DNA of 64,000 bases from an uncultured Alphaproteobacteria bacterium (GCA_963812505.1 CAWEVM010000015.1:288293-352292); one strand, 5' to 3'. Counted from the stretch's first letter, positions 26,421 to 35,302 are shown. The notes: generated by a model not told the origin, from the sequence alone. A program made the numbers and translations.

Positions 26421-27737
26421 TCAACCAGCGCGTGCACGTCGACCCGCCACCAAACGAACCTTGCGCGGCGCAGCGAGCCAGATCGCTATTGCGGAGAGCA
26501 GGCTGGCAAATATCGCGATCCAAAAAGCGACCGAGTAGCTGCCGGTGGCATCGTGCAGCACTCCGGTCAACCAAGGTCCGACGGCGCCGCCACCAATCGA
26601 GGCCAACATCAATGTGCCAAAGATGGTGCCGTAGTGACGCCCCTGGAAGATCTCTGCCGGTATCGCTCCGATCACGGAGGTAATGCCATAGCCCAGAACT
26701 CCCTGTGCGGCGATCATGACGTAAAGCAGGAACGGCGTCGGCAAATCCCGCAACAGCAGCAACAGGATAAAAGTCGCGGCAAAGCCCAGGCTGCCCACGG
26801 TCCAGACGAACTCGCGTCCGATGCGATCGGACAGATGGCCGAGGGCGATCTGACCAGGGATGCCAGCGAGGCTGACGCCTCCTAACGCCCAGGCGGCGAG
26901 CGCGGGACTGAAGCCGATCTCTACAAGATATTTCGTCTGATGGACCTGCACCGCATACCAGACGAACAGCGCGCAGAAATATCCGATTGCGATCCACCAG
27001 AAACGACCCGTGCGCACGGCGCGGCCCAGCGTCCAATCCACCGCGACCCAGGCTGGATCGACGATGTTTGCGCTCGCTCTGCCGACGGCACCCACACGAG
27101 AGAAGCTGTCACCATCGGGTTCGAGACCGATGTCCTCTGGCCGTCGCCGCACCAGGAGATTGAGCGGCAGCAGCAGGACCAGGACCAGGATGCCAAGCGC
27201 GAGGCACGCGGCTCGCCAGCCCGCGCGCACGATCATGGTCTGGAGCCATGGCAGCAGGATGATCGAGCCCACGCCGACACCGGCAAACGCGAGGCTCATC
27301 GCAAGCCCGCGGCGGCGGACGAACCAGTTGGGCAGGAACAACCCCTGGCCGGTGTAACCAAGGCAGACGCTGCCGCTACCCACCAGCATGCCGAGTGTCG
27401 CGTAAAGCTGCCATGGCTTCTGCACCAGCGTCGCCAACAGTAGTCCTGAACCGATCAGAACCACCCCCAGCTCATTCACAACGAGCGGGCCGCGCTTGTC
27501 CATCAACCTGCCAAGCGATGGGCTCATGATGGCCGACACGATAAAGCCGAACGAGAAGGCGCCGGCCGTCGTGCCGCGATCCCAGCCGAACTCGTCGAGG
27601 ATCGGCGGGAACAGCAGGGAGAATGCGGTGCGCGCATTTACCGCCACGCCCATGGTGATGAAGACGACGGCCACGATGACCCAGCCATAGAAGAACGGCA
27701 GGCGCGCATAGCCAGAGCGCGGCGGCGTCGACGTCAT
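26421..27737 (-). CDS. MFS transporter (12-TM type)
   Basis: 438 aa and highly hydrophobic, with an MFS loop motif (GRLMDKRGP). The stop abuts the BKACE stop. Confidence 0.9.
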   Translation of the reverse strand: MTSTPPRSGYARLPFFYGWVIVAVVFITMGVAVNARTAFSLLFPPILDEFGWDRGTTAGAFSFGFIVSAIMSPSLGRLMDKRGPLVVNELGVVLIGSGLLLATLVQKPWQLYATLGMLVGSGSVCLGYTGQGLFLPNWFVRRRGLAMSLAFAGVGVGSIILLPWLQTMIVRAGWRAACLALGILVLVLLLPLNLLVRRRPEDIGLEPDGDSFSRVGAVGRASANIVDPAWVAVDWTLGRAVRTGRFWWIAIGYFCALFVWYAVQVHQTKYLVEIGFSPALAAWALGGVSLAGIPGQIALGHLSDRIGREFVWTVGSLGFAATFILLLLLRDLPTPFLLYVMIAAQGVLGYGITSVIGAIPAEIFQGRHYGTIFGTLMLASIGGGAVGPWLTGVLHDATGSYSVAFWIAIFASLLSAIAIWLAAPRKVRLVAGRRARAG

Positions 27738-28162
27738 CGGCTCTTCCGTCGTGCAGCGCGCGCGTGACGCTCGCCGTACTTCATGCCCTCCAGTTTGAGC
27801 CCGTCGGGATCCAGGAAGAACACCGCGTAGTAGTCGTCGTAGTACTCGGCGGCTGGATCGACAATGGTCGCGCCGAGTTCATGCAGGAAAACCTGCAATG
27901 CATCCACATCCCTGCGGCTACGCAACTGGAATGCATAGTGATGGAAGCCGACGTCACCCACGCGGTATTTGCGCTCGCGACCCTCGGCATCGGCCGGACC
28001 GATCCAGAAGCGCGTCTTGCCGTTCGTCCAGCCGATCGCGTCCTCGTATTCGTCGGAGATCTCAAAGCCCAGAAAGGCGAACAACCTGCCGTAGAAATCC
28101 TTGGACCTCTCATAGTCACTGACCCTGATCACCAGGTGATCAATTCCGACGACGCGCACCAT
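27734..28162 (-). CDS. VOC/glyoxalase-bleomycin resistance-dioxygenase family protein
   Basis: 142 aa: GIDHLVIRVSDYERSKDFYGRLF...FHHYAFQL...DPDGLKLE. 4-nt overlap with the MFS start. Confidence 0.85.
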   Translation of the reverse strand: MVRVVGIDHLVIRVSDYERSKDFYGRLFAFLGFEISDEYEDAIGWTNGKTRFWIGPADAEGRERKYRVGDVGFHHYAFQLRSRRDVDALQVFLHELGATIVDPAAEYYDDYYAVFFLDPDGLKLEGMKYGERHARAARRKSR

Positions 28163-28341
28163 GCTGCCCTCCCCGTCTCAGCCCGCCCGTAACACTGGAG
28201 CGATGGCGCCTGATACCATGACGACGCAGGGCGCGCTTCCCAATGGTTGCAACGCAATTGATCCGCCTTCGAGACCAGACTATTGAAGACGGTTGTCGGT
28301 AACGCAGCTATGGAATTCTGTTGGCAACAACGGGGGACAAG

Positions 28342-28686
28342 ATGAAGATGGCAGTCGAGCCGGTGGTTCCGGGCGTGGTCAAAGTCATTCTGGATGGTCG
28401 GCTGGATATCACCGGCGCGAGTGTCATCGATCTGCAATTCAGCGCCATCGCCGGGTCCCACAAAGGCATCGTGGTCGACCTTGCCAATGTCAGCTTTCTG
28501 GCGTCGATCGGGATCAGAACGCTGCTGCTGGGCGCCAAGTCGGTACAACGTCGCGGCGGCAAATTCGTCCTGCTCAATCCCGTTGGCGAGGTCGAGCGCG
28601 TGCTGGAGGTGACGGGGGTGACCGATCTGATGCCGATCTATCGCGACAGCGCGGCGGCAGTGGCGGCTGCTTCGGCGCACGCCTGA
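28342..28686 (+). CDS. STAS-domain anti-sigma-factor antagonist (SpoIIAA/RsbV-like)
   Basis: VKVILDGRLDITGASVIDLQF...VVDLANVSFLASIGIRTLLLGAKSVQRRGGKFVLLNP. The phosphorylatable Ser context (LASIG) is present. Confidence 0.85.
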   Translation: MKMAVEPVVPGVVKVILDGRLDITGASVIDLQFSAIAGSHKGIVVDLANVSFLASIGIRTLLLGAKSVQRRGGKFVLLNPVGEVERVLEVTGVTDLMPIYRDSAAAVAAASAHA

Positions 28687-28700
28687 ACAGTGACCCGATT

Positions 28701-29120
28701 GTGGTGAGCGAACGCCACTCCCTGACACTGTGCAACGACCGCACGGAGGTCGCGCGGGTGGTAGCGTGGGTTGACGGACTTGCCGAAACGCTCGCGCTGC
28801 CTTCCGAAACGACACATGTGTTGCAGCTTTGTCTGGATGAAGCGGTTACCAACATCGTCTCCCACGCGTTCGAGCCCGACACGGCGCATGATGTGCACAT
28901 TGCCTTGTGGCGTGACAATTCGGTCTTGCATGCCGAGGTCACCGACGATGGCCGGCCATTCGATCCCCTTGCGTACGAAACACCGCCGGCGCCCAAGGAC
29001 CTCCAGTCCGCCCAGATTGGCGGCCTGGGCATCAGATTGATGCGCGGCTTTGCTGACCGGATCACCTACCAGCGATCAGGGCCGCTGAACCGGCTATTGC
29101 TGTCGTTCCGGATCACCTGA
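28701..29120 (+). CDS. RsbW/SpoIIAB-type anti-sigma serine kinase (HATPase_c)
   Basis: GTG at 28701. N-box LCLDEAVTNIVSHA, G1 box VTDDGRPFDP and G2 box GGLGIRLM. The ORF-track N-terminal extension overlaps the STAS gene out of frame. Confidence 0.8.
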   Translation: MVSERHSLTLCNDRTEVARVVAWVDGLAETLALPSETTHVLQLCLDEAVTNIVSHAFEPDTAHDVHIALWRDNSVLHAEVTDDGRPFDPLAYETPPAPKDLQSAQIGGLGIRLMRGFADRITYQRSGPLNRLLLSFRIT

Positions 29121-30168
29121 ACGCAGGCGCTCCCTGCTCGCCCAACGTGCGGAACTTGTCGGAAATCCCGCTGAGCCGCGTGTCCCATTCCTGATTGATC
29201 GGCTGGTTCTCGATCAGCGCGTGGAACCGCACCATCATCATGATCAGGAACAACGGCTTTATGAATGCGGCGCGCACCGTGGCTGCGAGCAGCACGGCGA
29301 TGACGACGGTGACAATGCCCCCCAACTCGCGCACCGAGGCCGGCAGCATGACCGTGATGGCCGCTGCCGGGGTCAGCAGCACGAGCCACACTACGAAGCT
29401 CAGCAGGCGCTCCAGGATGACGATCCACACCGAGGTCTTCAGGATCGGCTTGGCGTTCTGGCAATAGTAAACGATGCCCTCGCGCGCACCCCGCCACGGA
29501 TCCTGATCGTTGCGTGCCAGGTTGTATGATAAAATCACCTTGTCGAGGTAACGCGTCGCCGCACGCAGCACGATGTTGACCACATGAGACAGGCTCTCCA
29601 GACCGGGGATGGGCAGCGTGTCCGCGACCCAGTCGAGCGTCCGGTGGAAGGCGGCGAGGATGCCGCGTACCACCATGTTTAGGCCGAACAGCGCATTCAC
29701 TTGGCCGAAACGCTCGGTGACAACGCGCTTCCCGTAGGCGAGCTGCAACTCGTTGCCGTTACCCACTTGGCCGCGGGTGATCAGGTCGGTCAGCACGGTC
29801 ACATGCCCACAGGCGAGCAGGTGCAGAAGATAGCGCAGCACCGCGCCCCAGAACCAACCGACGCCCACGATGCACAGGACAAACCAGACGACGCCGAACG
29901 CGCCCGCGATGTGGGTGCCGAGCCAAGCGGCGCCGCCGAAGGCGATCACCAGCCAAACGATGCAGGCCAGTGTGTAGCCGAGCAGGATGCCGAAGCGGGC
30001 AAGCGCATAGGGCAAACTTCGCATCAGCAGGCTGATGGCGGTACCGAGACCATGGTCGCGCACCGCCAGCGGATAGCTATGGCGCACCGGTGAGAAGGCG
30101 GACTGCGCCGCCGTCGTCGACCACGCGCCCGGGTTGGGTGCGAATCCGATAGGTTGGTTGTCCGACAT
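29113..30168 (-). CDS. Uncharacterised polytopic membrane protein (~351 aa)
   Basis: Start at MSDNQPIG. Several long hydrophobic segments (ARFGILLGYTLACIVWLVIAFGGAAWLG, FGVVWFVLCIVGVGWFWGAVL, SFVVWLVLLTPAAAITVML). Convergent with the kinase gene, with an 8-nt overlap. Confidence 0.7.
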   Translation of the reverse strand: MSDNQPIGFAPNPGAWSTTAAQSAFSPVRHSYPLAVRDHGLGTAISLLMRSLPYALARFGILLGYTLACIVWLVIAFGGAAWLGTHIAGAFGVVWFVLCIVGVGWFWGAVLRYLLHLLACGHVTVLTDLITRGQVGNGNELQLAYGKRVVTERFGQVNALFGLNMVVRGILAAFHRTLDWVADTLPIPGLESLSHVVNIVLRAATRYLDKVILSYNLARNDQDPWRGAREGIVYYCQNAKPILKTSVWIVILERLLSFVVWLVLLTPAAAITVMLPASVRELGGIVTVVIAVLLAATVRAAFIKPLFLIMMMVRFHALIENQPINQEWDTRLSGISDKFRTLGEQGAPAFR

Positions 30169-30252
30169 GTTTCCCCTGGGTACACGACTTCGTCTTGTTT
30201 CGATCATGGTCGCCAGGGCGTGGCAGCCGCAAGTCACGACCGGTTGTCACGA

Positions 30253-31101
30253 TTAGCCCCCCAATCGCCTGCGCAGCGCAGCGGCAACCGTATTTTCCAG
30301 CAGACAGGCGATCGTCATCGGACCAACGCCGCCCGGCACCGGCGTGATCGCGCCGGCGACCTGGATCGCCTCGGCGAAGGCCACGTCGCCCACCAGTCTG
30401 CCGTCGGGGAGCCGGTTCATCCCAACGTCGATCACTGTGGCGCCAGGCGCAATCCAGTCGCCGCGTACCAGTTCTGGCCTACCCGCGGCCGCCACAATGA
30501 TGTCCGCGCGCCGGCACTCGGCGGGGAGATCGCGTGTCCGCGTGTGGGCCGTGGTAACGGTGGCATTGGCGGCCAGCAACAGCGCAGCCATCGGGCGCCC
30601 GACAATCGTGGAGCGACCCAGCACCAGGGCGCGTGCGCCGTCCAGCGAAGCGTTGGCCGCGGCGAGCAGCTCCATCACGCCCGCCGGGGTGCAAGGGACC
30701 AGCCCAGGATGGCCCGCCACCAGGCGGCCGACATTCAAAGGATGGAAGCCATCGACATCCTTGTCCGGGTCAACGGCCTCGATCACCGCCTGCGAAGTGA
30801 CATGGGGCGGGAGCGGGAGCTGCACCAGGATGCCATCCACCGTGGGATCGGCGTTCAGACGGTCGATCTGAGTGATCAGCACTTTCTCGGACGTCTCCGC
30901 CGGCAAACGAATCGTACACGCCGCGATTCCCGCGGCATTCGCTGCACGGTCCTTGCTGCGCACATAGACCGCACTCGCCGGATCATCGCCTACCAGCACC
31001 ACGACCAGACCCGGATGGAACGACAGGGCGGCAACCCGCTCGGCCAGCCTTGTCCGCAACGCCGCGGCTACCGCCTTGCCGTCGATGATCCTCGCACTCA
31101 C
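30253..31101 (-). CDS. folD: Bifunctional methylenetetrahydrofolate dehydrogenase/cyclohydrolase FolD
   Basis: [16 protein letters not shown]...[24 protein letters not shown]...[11 protein letters not shown]...[15 protein letters not shown]. Confidence 0.95.
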   Translation of the reverse strand: MSARIIDGKAVAAALRTRLAERVAALSFHPGLVVVLVGDDPASAVYVRSKDRAANAAGIAACTIRLPAETSEKVLITQIDRLNADPTVDGILVQLPLPPHVTSQAVIEAVDPDKDVDGFHPLNVGRLVAGHPGLVPCTPAGVMELLAAANASLDGARALVLGRSTIVGRPMAALLLAANATVTTAHTRTRDLPAECRRADIIVAAAGRPELVRGDWIAPGATVIDVGMNRLPDGRLVGDVAFAEAIQVAGAITPVPGGVGPMTIACLLENTVAAALRRRLGG

Positions 31102-31394
31102 AACGCACTCAGCTTCTCGCCGAGCGTCGCAGGGTCGCCCGCGACGTGCAGCGTCTTCTCCCGGCTGGTCGCGCCGAAAGTCAGATGCACCGCTGACGGT
31201 GCCATCCCAAGCGCGTCGGCCAGAGTGGCACAGGCGGCGCGGTTGGCACGGCCACCTTCCGCTGCCTCGGTGACCCCGATGCGCAGGCGTTCGCCATCAG
31301 CTGTCGAGGTTGCCCCATGCAGTCCGGGCCTGCGCGACCTCGGCTGCACCTTCACAGCGACTGCAACGCCATCCGCAAGCGGGCGCCAGAACAT
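31098..31394 (-). CDS. yggU: DUF167/YggU-family protein
   Basis: [25 protein letters not shown]...[28 protein letters not shown]. It lies next to yggT, the usual gene neighbourhood. Confidence 0.75.
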   Translation of the reverse strand: MFWRPLADGVAVAVKVQPRSRRPGLHGATSTADGERLRIGVTEAAEGGRANRAACATLADALGMAPSAVHLTFGATSREKTLHVAGDPATLGEKLSAL

Positions 31395-31396
31395 TG

Positions 31397-31717
31397 TCAG
31401 AAGACCAGCGGTTGCCAGGTTCCGTAGGTGACCGCGGCGTGGATTTTGAATAGCAGCGGCAGGACGACGATCTGAATAAGAACGACCACAACCCACGGAC
31501 TGATATCGATGCCACCGAAATTCGGCAGCATGTTCCGAATCGGCCGCAGCACGGGGTCGGTGACCCGATAGAGGAAGTCGCCGATCGTCCAGACAAGCCG
31601 ATTCCGCGTATCAAGCACGCCGAAACTGGCGAGAATGCTGAACACGGCGCTCAGGATGACCGCCCACTTGAATAGGTTGACCACGTAGTAGATCAATTGA
31701 AAAAAGATGTCGATCAC
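31397..31717 (-). CDS. yggT: YggT-family membrane protein
   Basis: 106 aa: LIYYVVNLFKWAVILSAVFSILASFGVLDTRNRLVWTIGDFLYRVTDPVLRPIRNMLPNFGGIDISP. Confidence 0.85.
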   Translation of the reverse strand: MIDIFFQLIYYVVNLFKWAVILSAVFSILASFGVLDTRNRLVWTIGDFLYRVTDPVLRPIRNMLPNFGGIDISPWVVVVLIQIVVLPLLFKIHAAVTYGTWQPLVF

Positions 31718-31837
31718 GCGGGGTCTCCCAAGGGTCGGCGGAAGCTAGCGGGCGATGATTCGGTCTGCAACCTATACGAACGACCACTCGCTTGACTTTC
31801 AGCGGGGCCTCTGAGCATTGTCCGCGCCCTGCGGGAC

Positions 31838-31913
31838 GGGGCTGTAGCTCAGTTGGGAGAGCGCCTCGTTCGCAATGAGGAGGCCAGGGGTTCGAATCCC
31901 CTCAGCTCCACCA
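31838..31913 (+). tRNA. tRNA-Ala (anticodon CGC)
   Basis: GGGGCTG TA GCTC AGTTGGGA GAGC G CCTCG TTCGCAA TGAGG AGGCC AGGGG TTCGAAT CCCCT CAGCTCC A CCA. The G3:U70 Ala identity pair is present. Confidence 0.95.
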
Positions 31914-32444
31914 TTCCCCGCCCGCAGCCACCGGTCATCGTTCAGGACAGCCCGAAAAGCTGGAACCATTGCGGGTCTTGTGCGTCATGGCGCTGGCGGC
32001 CCAGAAGATGGAGCGACGGGGACACCAGATTGTGCGCGTCGTTGGGGGCAACCACACCGCGTCCGATCCGTTGGCGGTTTTTGACACGCGTAGCGGAAAA
32101 GGGCGCCCGATGTGGTTCCTTCTGGCAGGGGCTAGCATTGTCATTGCTGCCTGTGTCTTGGTCGCGAGAGCGACAGTGCACGCGGTGGCCGATATCGCGA
32201 GCGGCCCTGATACACTGGGATAATGGGCCACCACCTGAGCCAAAGCGCACCGCTTTTGAGGCACAGCGCGTGCCGGAGGCTTGTGGGGCCTTGGTCCGCA
32301 GCCGACCCCGTGGCCCACCCACCGGCTATGAGATATGCAGTGGCAGCGGCCTGCCGGGGCCACCGGGAGCATCAGCAGGATTGGCACCTCCCAAGAGAAT
32401 CACGCCCTGAGAGTTTTGCTGCAGTTGTATGCCCTTGCCATCAG

Positions 32445-32687
32445 CTATATATATAGATATATATACGAATTGTATCCACAATCCTCTTGCCGTCGATTGT
32501 TTGCGCCGGTCGCATGGACGCCAACAAAGTCAACGAAGCCGGACTGAGGGTCAAAGTCATTCGGTATAAAGTGTGTCGTGATCAATCCGCGGAATTTGGA
32601 AGGGTCGTCAATCGTGAGGCTGTTCTCAGACATAGACCCGACAAAATGGAAGTTCAGTCCGTGCGAGACTGAGTCACTGACTTCCAA
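32445..32687 (-). CDS. Orphan small ORF in the AT-richer patch (hypothetical)
   Basis: 80-aa track ORF (or 62 aa from MSENSLTIDDPSKFRGL...). The composition is atypical for the window and I recognise no family. Confidence 0.3.
   Translation of the reverse strand: MEVSDSVSHGLNFHFVGSMSENSLTIDDPSKFRGLITTHFIPNDFDPQSGFVDFVGVHATGANNRRQEDCGYNSYIYLYI
32446..32465. repeat. TA-rich tract tatatatatagatatatata in an AT-richer patch
   Basis: Read directly from the sequence. It is conspicuous against the GC-rich background. Confidence 0.9.
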
Positions 32688-32815
32688 CGCACTGCCGTTG
32701 TGATCCCATTCATTTCATAAACGGCGCGGAGTTCGATGGAAGACGGTGTTGGACGGCAGGTTGACCGGAACTGCCACGCGGGGATGGCCGTTGCAGCGAC
32801 CATCCCACGCAAAGA

Positions 32816-32834
32816 CGGCGCCACAAAGGCGCCG
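32816..32834 (-). terminator. Hairpin downstream of the lipoprotein gene (weak intrinsic terminator)
   Basis: cggcgcc-acaaa-ggcgccg. On the minus strand it is followed by tctttgcg. Confidence 0.45.
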
Positions 32835-32855
32835 CTCCGCTTTCTTATCGGATGT

Positions 32856-33302
32856 CTAGCCGCCGCCTGGCGGTGGCGGGACGAACCACGGCACAGTAAT
32901 GCCCTGACAATTTAGGTTCGGAGCAGAAATGTTGGCGACCAGATACCCGTTTTGCGCGACTGTTCCGTTTATCGTGGCCGTTCGATGCTGGCCGCCGACT
33001 TCTAGCGCCGTCATCTGGAAGGTTCTGCTCGGTGCGTTGAGGCTTCCCGAGGCATGAGCCAGCGACTGCATGTTATTCCAGGCAATTATGCCGTCGAGGG
33101 CGCCGTCCGGGGTTAGCACGACGTGCCAGTCAAGTGCAGGGCAGCTCGCCTGCGCCGTCGAATGGAAGACATAAACCCTCCCTGGTGGCAGCTGTTGCAC
33201 CGCGGATGCGACGGCTGGAGAAGGTGGCGGCGGGGGCTGAGGAGTGCAAGCTGCGGCAGTTATGACTACCACTCCGGCAGCCAAAGACCTGAACAACGTC
33301 AT
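32856..33302 (-). CDS. Hypothetical lipoprotein
   Basis: MTLFRSLAAGVVVITAAAC lipobox, then a Pro-rich linker and a C-terminal PPPPGGG. I recognise no family. Confidence 0.6.
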   Translation of the reverse strand: MTLFRSLAAGVVVITAAACTPQPPPPPSPAVASAVQQLPPGRVYVFHSTAQASCPALDWHVVLTPDGALDGIIAWNNMQSLAHASGSLNAPSRTFQMTALEVGGQHRTATINGTVAQNGYLVANISAPNLNCQGITVPWFVPPPPGGG

Positions 33303-33475
33303 TGTTTCGTCCCCCCTGTTTCTATCTCTGTTAGTGCCTGAGCCGGCAAGTCTGCCGAAAAGTCTTCCTTCCTGCAATCGTCTCCGCCCTCATTGGTCAG
33401 GTGCCTGAGTGGCCGCCAAGACACCTGTGGCCCCAAGCTCTGGCTTTTCTTGCCGCGCGCAGCCGCCACCACGCC

Positions 33476-33925
33476 TCAGAACGCGTCCACCAGCCAATCG
33501 AGCGTAGCCACCCCCAGCAGGGCGGCTGCTATATCGACCACGAGCCACCATCGCCTGCTACGGCGGGGACTTTCAGGAATGTCACCAAGTTGCTTGCGCG
33601 GAGCGACAATCCAGAGAGCGATTCCCAGCGCTGCCAGCAATAGAAAAGGTGTCGCCAGCAAGGCCACCAAGCCGCGCACCAGGCTCTCAGTCGGCCGCGG
33701 TTTCGGCGAAACGTCGTCCGCGGAACCCGCCATCTCGATGAGCCGACCGACCGACGGATACGCATTACCTTCCGCCAGAAAAGCTGCATGCTTCGCCAGT
33801 CGCTCGTATCCCTCCGCGAGGATTATCTTGATGCGTCTCGCTTCCTGATCTTGCGTCGCATCGGCCTCAGACCATGCGTCAGCCGCTCGTCGCAGCCACT
33901 CAGCCGTCGTCATGGCTGGTTGCAT
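33476..33925 (-). CDS. Hypothetical membrane-anchored protein
   Basis: 149 aa with a charged helical N-terminal half and two hydrophobic segments (LVALLATPFLLLAALGIALWIV, WWLVVDIAAALLGVATL). Confidence 0.5.
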   Translation of the reverse strand: MQPAMTTAEWLRRAADAWSEADATQDQEARRIKIILAEGYERLAKHAAFLAEGNAYPSVGRLIEMAGSADDVSPKPRPTESLVRGLVALLATPFLLLAALGIALWIVAPRKQLGDIPESPRRSRRWWLVVDIAAALLGVATLDWLVDAF

Positions 33926-33935
33926 CTGTTCCGCC

Positions 33936-34244
33936 CTAGCCGCCGTCAGATCGCCAACTCAATCTGGCAAACAGCGCCCTCACCCAAGCGTCGACATTGG
34001 GATCGTCCACATCGATCGTCCGCGGGTAAGTCGAATGGCTCGGCTCACGTGCGCGGCTAAAGAACTCAGGGTTAGGGTCGATGCCGATCCCGCGCAGTCG
34101 AAACTCGCGGGGCTCCAGCGAGAGAGTGCGCGCTCGCAGCAAGACGGGTTCGAGTGCAAGAACGCCGAGCGATATGCCAGTGTCGCCGGTGATCACTGGT
34201 GCGCCCAGTCCAGCCTGGTGGGCGGTGGCGAGCGGTCGGTCCAT
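33936..34244 (-). CDS. Hypothetical ORF; may be one gene with 34193..34426 if a frameshift is present
   Basis: 102-aa track ORF overlapping the upstream ORF by ~50 nt in another frame. GC3 judged by eye is moderate. Confidence 0.3.
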   Translation of the reverse strand: MDRPLATAHQAGLGAPVITGDTGISLGVLALEPVLLRARTLSLEPREFRLRGIGIDPNPEFFSRAREPSHSTYPRTIDVDDPNVDAWVRALFARLSWRSDGG

Positions 34245-34426
34245 TCGATCGGAACACCGAGTGCAGCAGCTTGGACCTCAACCCACTCCCGCGCTTCGTC
34301 CGGCGAGGCGCAGCTACCGGTGGCCGGAGCACGGCGCGACGCCGTGGGGATGGACACGAATGCCGCCGTGTACGCTGGATCGCCGCTCCTCGGCTCGATC
34401 CAGGCGAGTAGCTCGATGTCTGGCAC
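34193..34426 (-). CDS. Hypothetical small ORF (GTG start)
   Basis: 77 aa. Third-codon positions are mostly G/C when read by eye. I recognise no family. Confidence 0.35.
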   Translation of the reverse strand: MPDIELLAWIEPRSGDPAYTAAFVSIPTASRRAPATGSCASPDEAREWVEVQAAALGVPIEWTDRSPPPTRLDWAHQ

Positions 34427-35052
34427 GGCTCACTCCCCGGCGATGTCTCCCAGCAGTCTAGACGTCGAAAGGATAGGTGCGTAACCGTCACATTGATGAA
34501 ACACGCGTGAGGTAGCCCGGGTCCCGGGAAACGGCCCCCGCCGTTCGGAGACGACGGTAGAGAGGCTTGGAGCATTCAGGGAAGCCGCACGGGAAGCGCG
34601 GCGGCCAGGATATAGCGGCGCCGATCGCTGCCGTCAGGTGAAACAACCATGTCGCGTGCCGGGCGAGCTGTCACCAAACCGACGGCATCCGGGCACTTTT
34701 CAGCATGGGCCCGAGGCCGCTGAAATTGTTCTCACATTGACCGAACCAGGAACTGTGAGAAAGCTCATTGATAATGGCCCGATCTTGCGTTATGTTGCGT
34801 TATGTTATCGAATATCGCTGTCCGGCTTTACCCTTGAGTGACGCATCGCTCCGCTGTGCGCATAAACCATATGCCGACGGAGCCGATTATTGTCCTCGGA
34901 CAGAACGCCCATTTGGCCACGCGGCTGCGGCGGCGAGGCAACTCGTTTGGGCCTTGGTTTGGTCGGCTTAAGGCCTCCGGAGATGGTCTCCGGGTCCGCA
35001 GCCAGTGATTCGGCGCGGTCTCGTCCGCACATAGGATTGGAAGAGGGATGCT

Positions 35053-35136
35053 ATGGCACCTATCGACTATTTTATGGGCATCTTCGTGGGCATGTGCGTC
35101 GGTCTCGCAGGTCTGGCCTACATCGCCGTCCTCTGA
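35053..35136 (+). CDS. Candidate 27-aa single-TM micro-protein MAPIDYFMGIFVGMCVGLAGLAYIAVL
   Basis: ATG at 35053 is preceded by GAAGAGGGA 5-13 nt upstream. The peptide is uniformly hydrophobic with mostly G/C third positions. It is below the ORF-track length cut-off. Confidence 0.3.
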   Translation: MAPIDYFMGIFVGMCVGLAGLAYIAVL

Positions 35137-35302
35137 GGCTCTCACCCGCCGCTCCGCCGGCCTTCAGGGCGCAATGGCAGGTTCCTCGGTCCTGCGGTGG
35201 GTTTGCCCGCCCTTCACGGCCTCTGCGGGGCGTCTCTTGAACGGCAAACCTCCATGCTGTGCAATGGGACCCCGCCCCCACGCAAACCGAGGGAACACCG
35301 AT

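Noticed and set aside
32446-32465. The repetitive TA tract considered as a possible CRISPR or minisatellite array.
   Set aside because: It is a single 20-nt low-complexity tract with no repeat-spacer periodicity. No CRISPR-like arrays or cas genes occur anywhere in the window.
31914-35302. An intact integrative element or prophage at tRNA-Ala, and similarly at tRNA-Arg (23.1-25.2 kb).
   Set aside because: No integrase, excisionase, phage or conjugation gene is recognisable in any frame. I could find no direct repeat of either tRNA 3' end. Only a remnant-island interpretation is retained.
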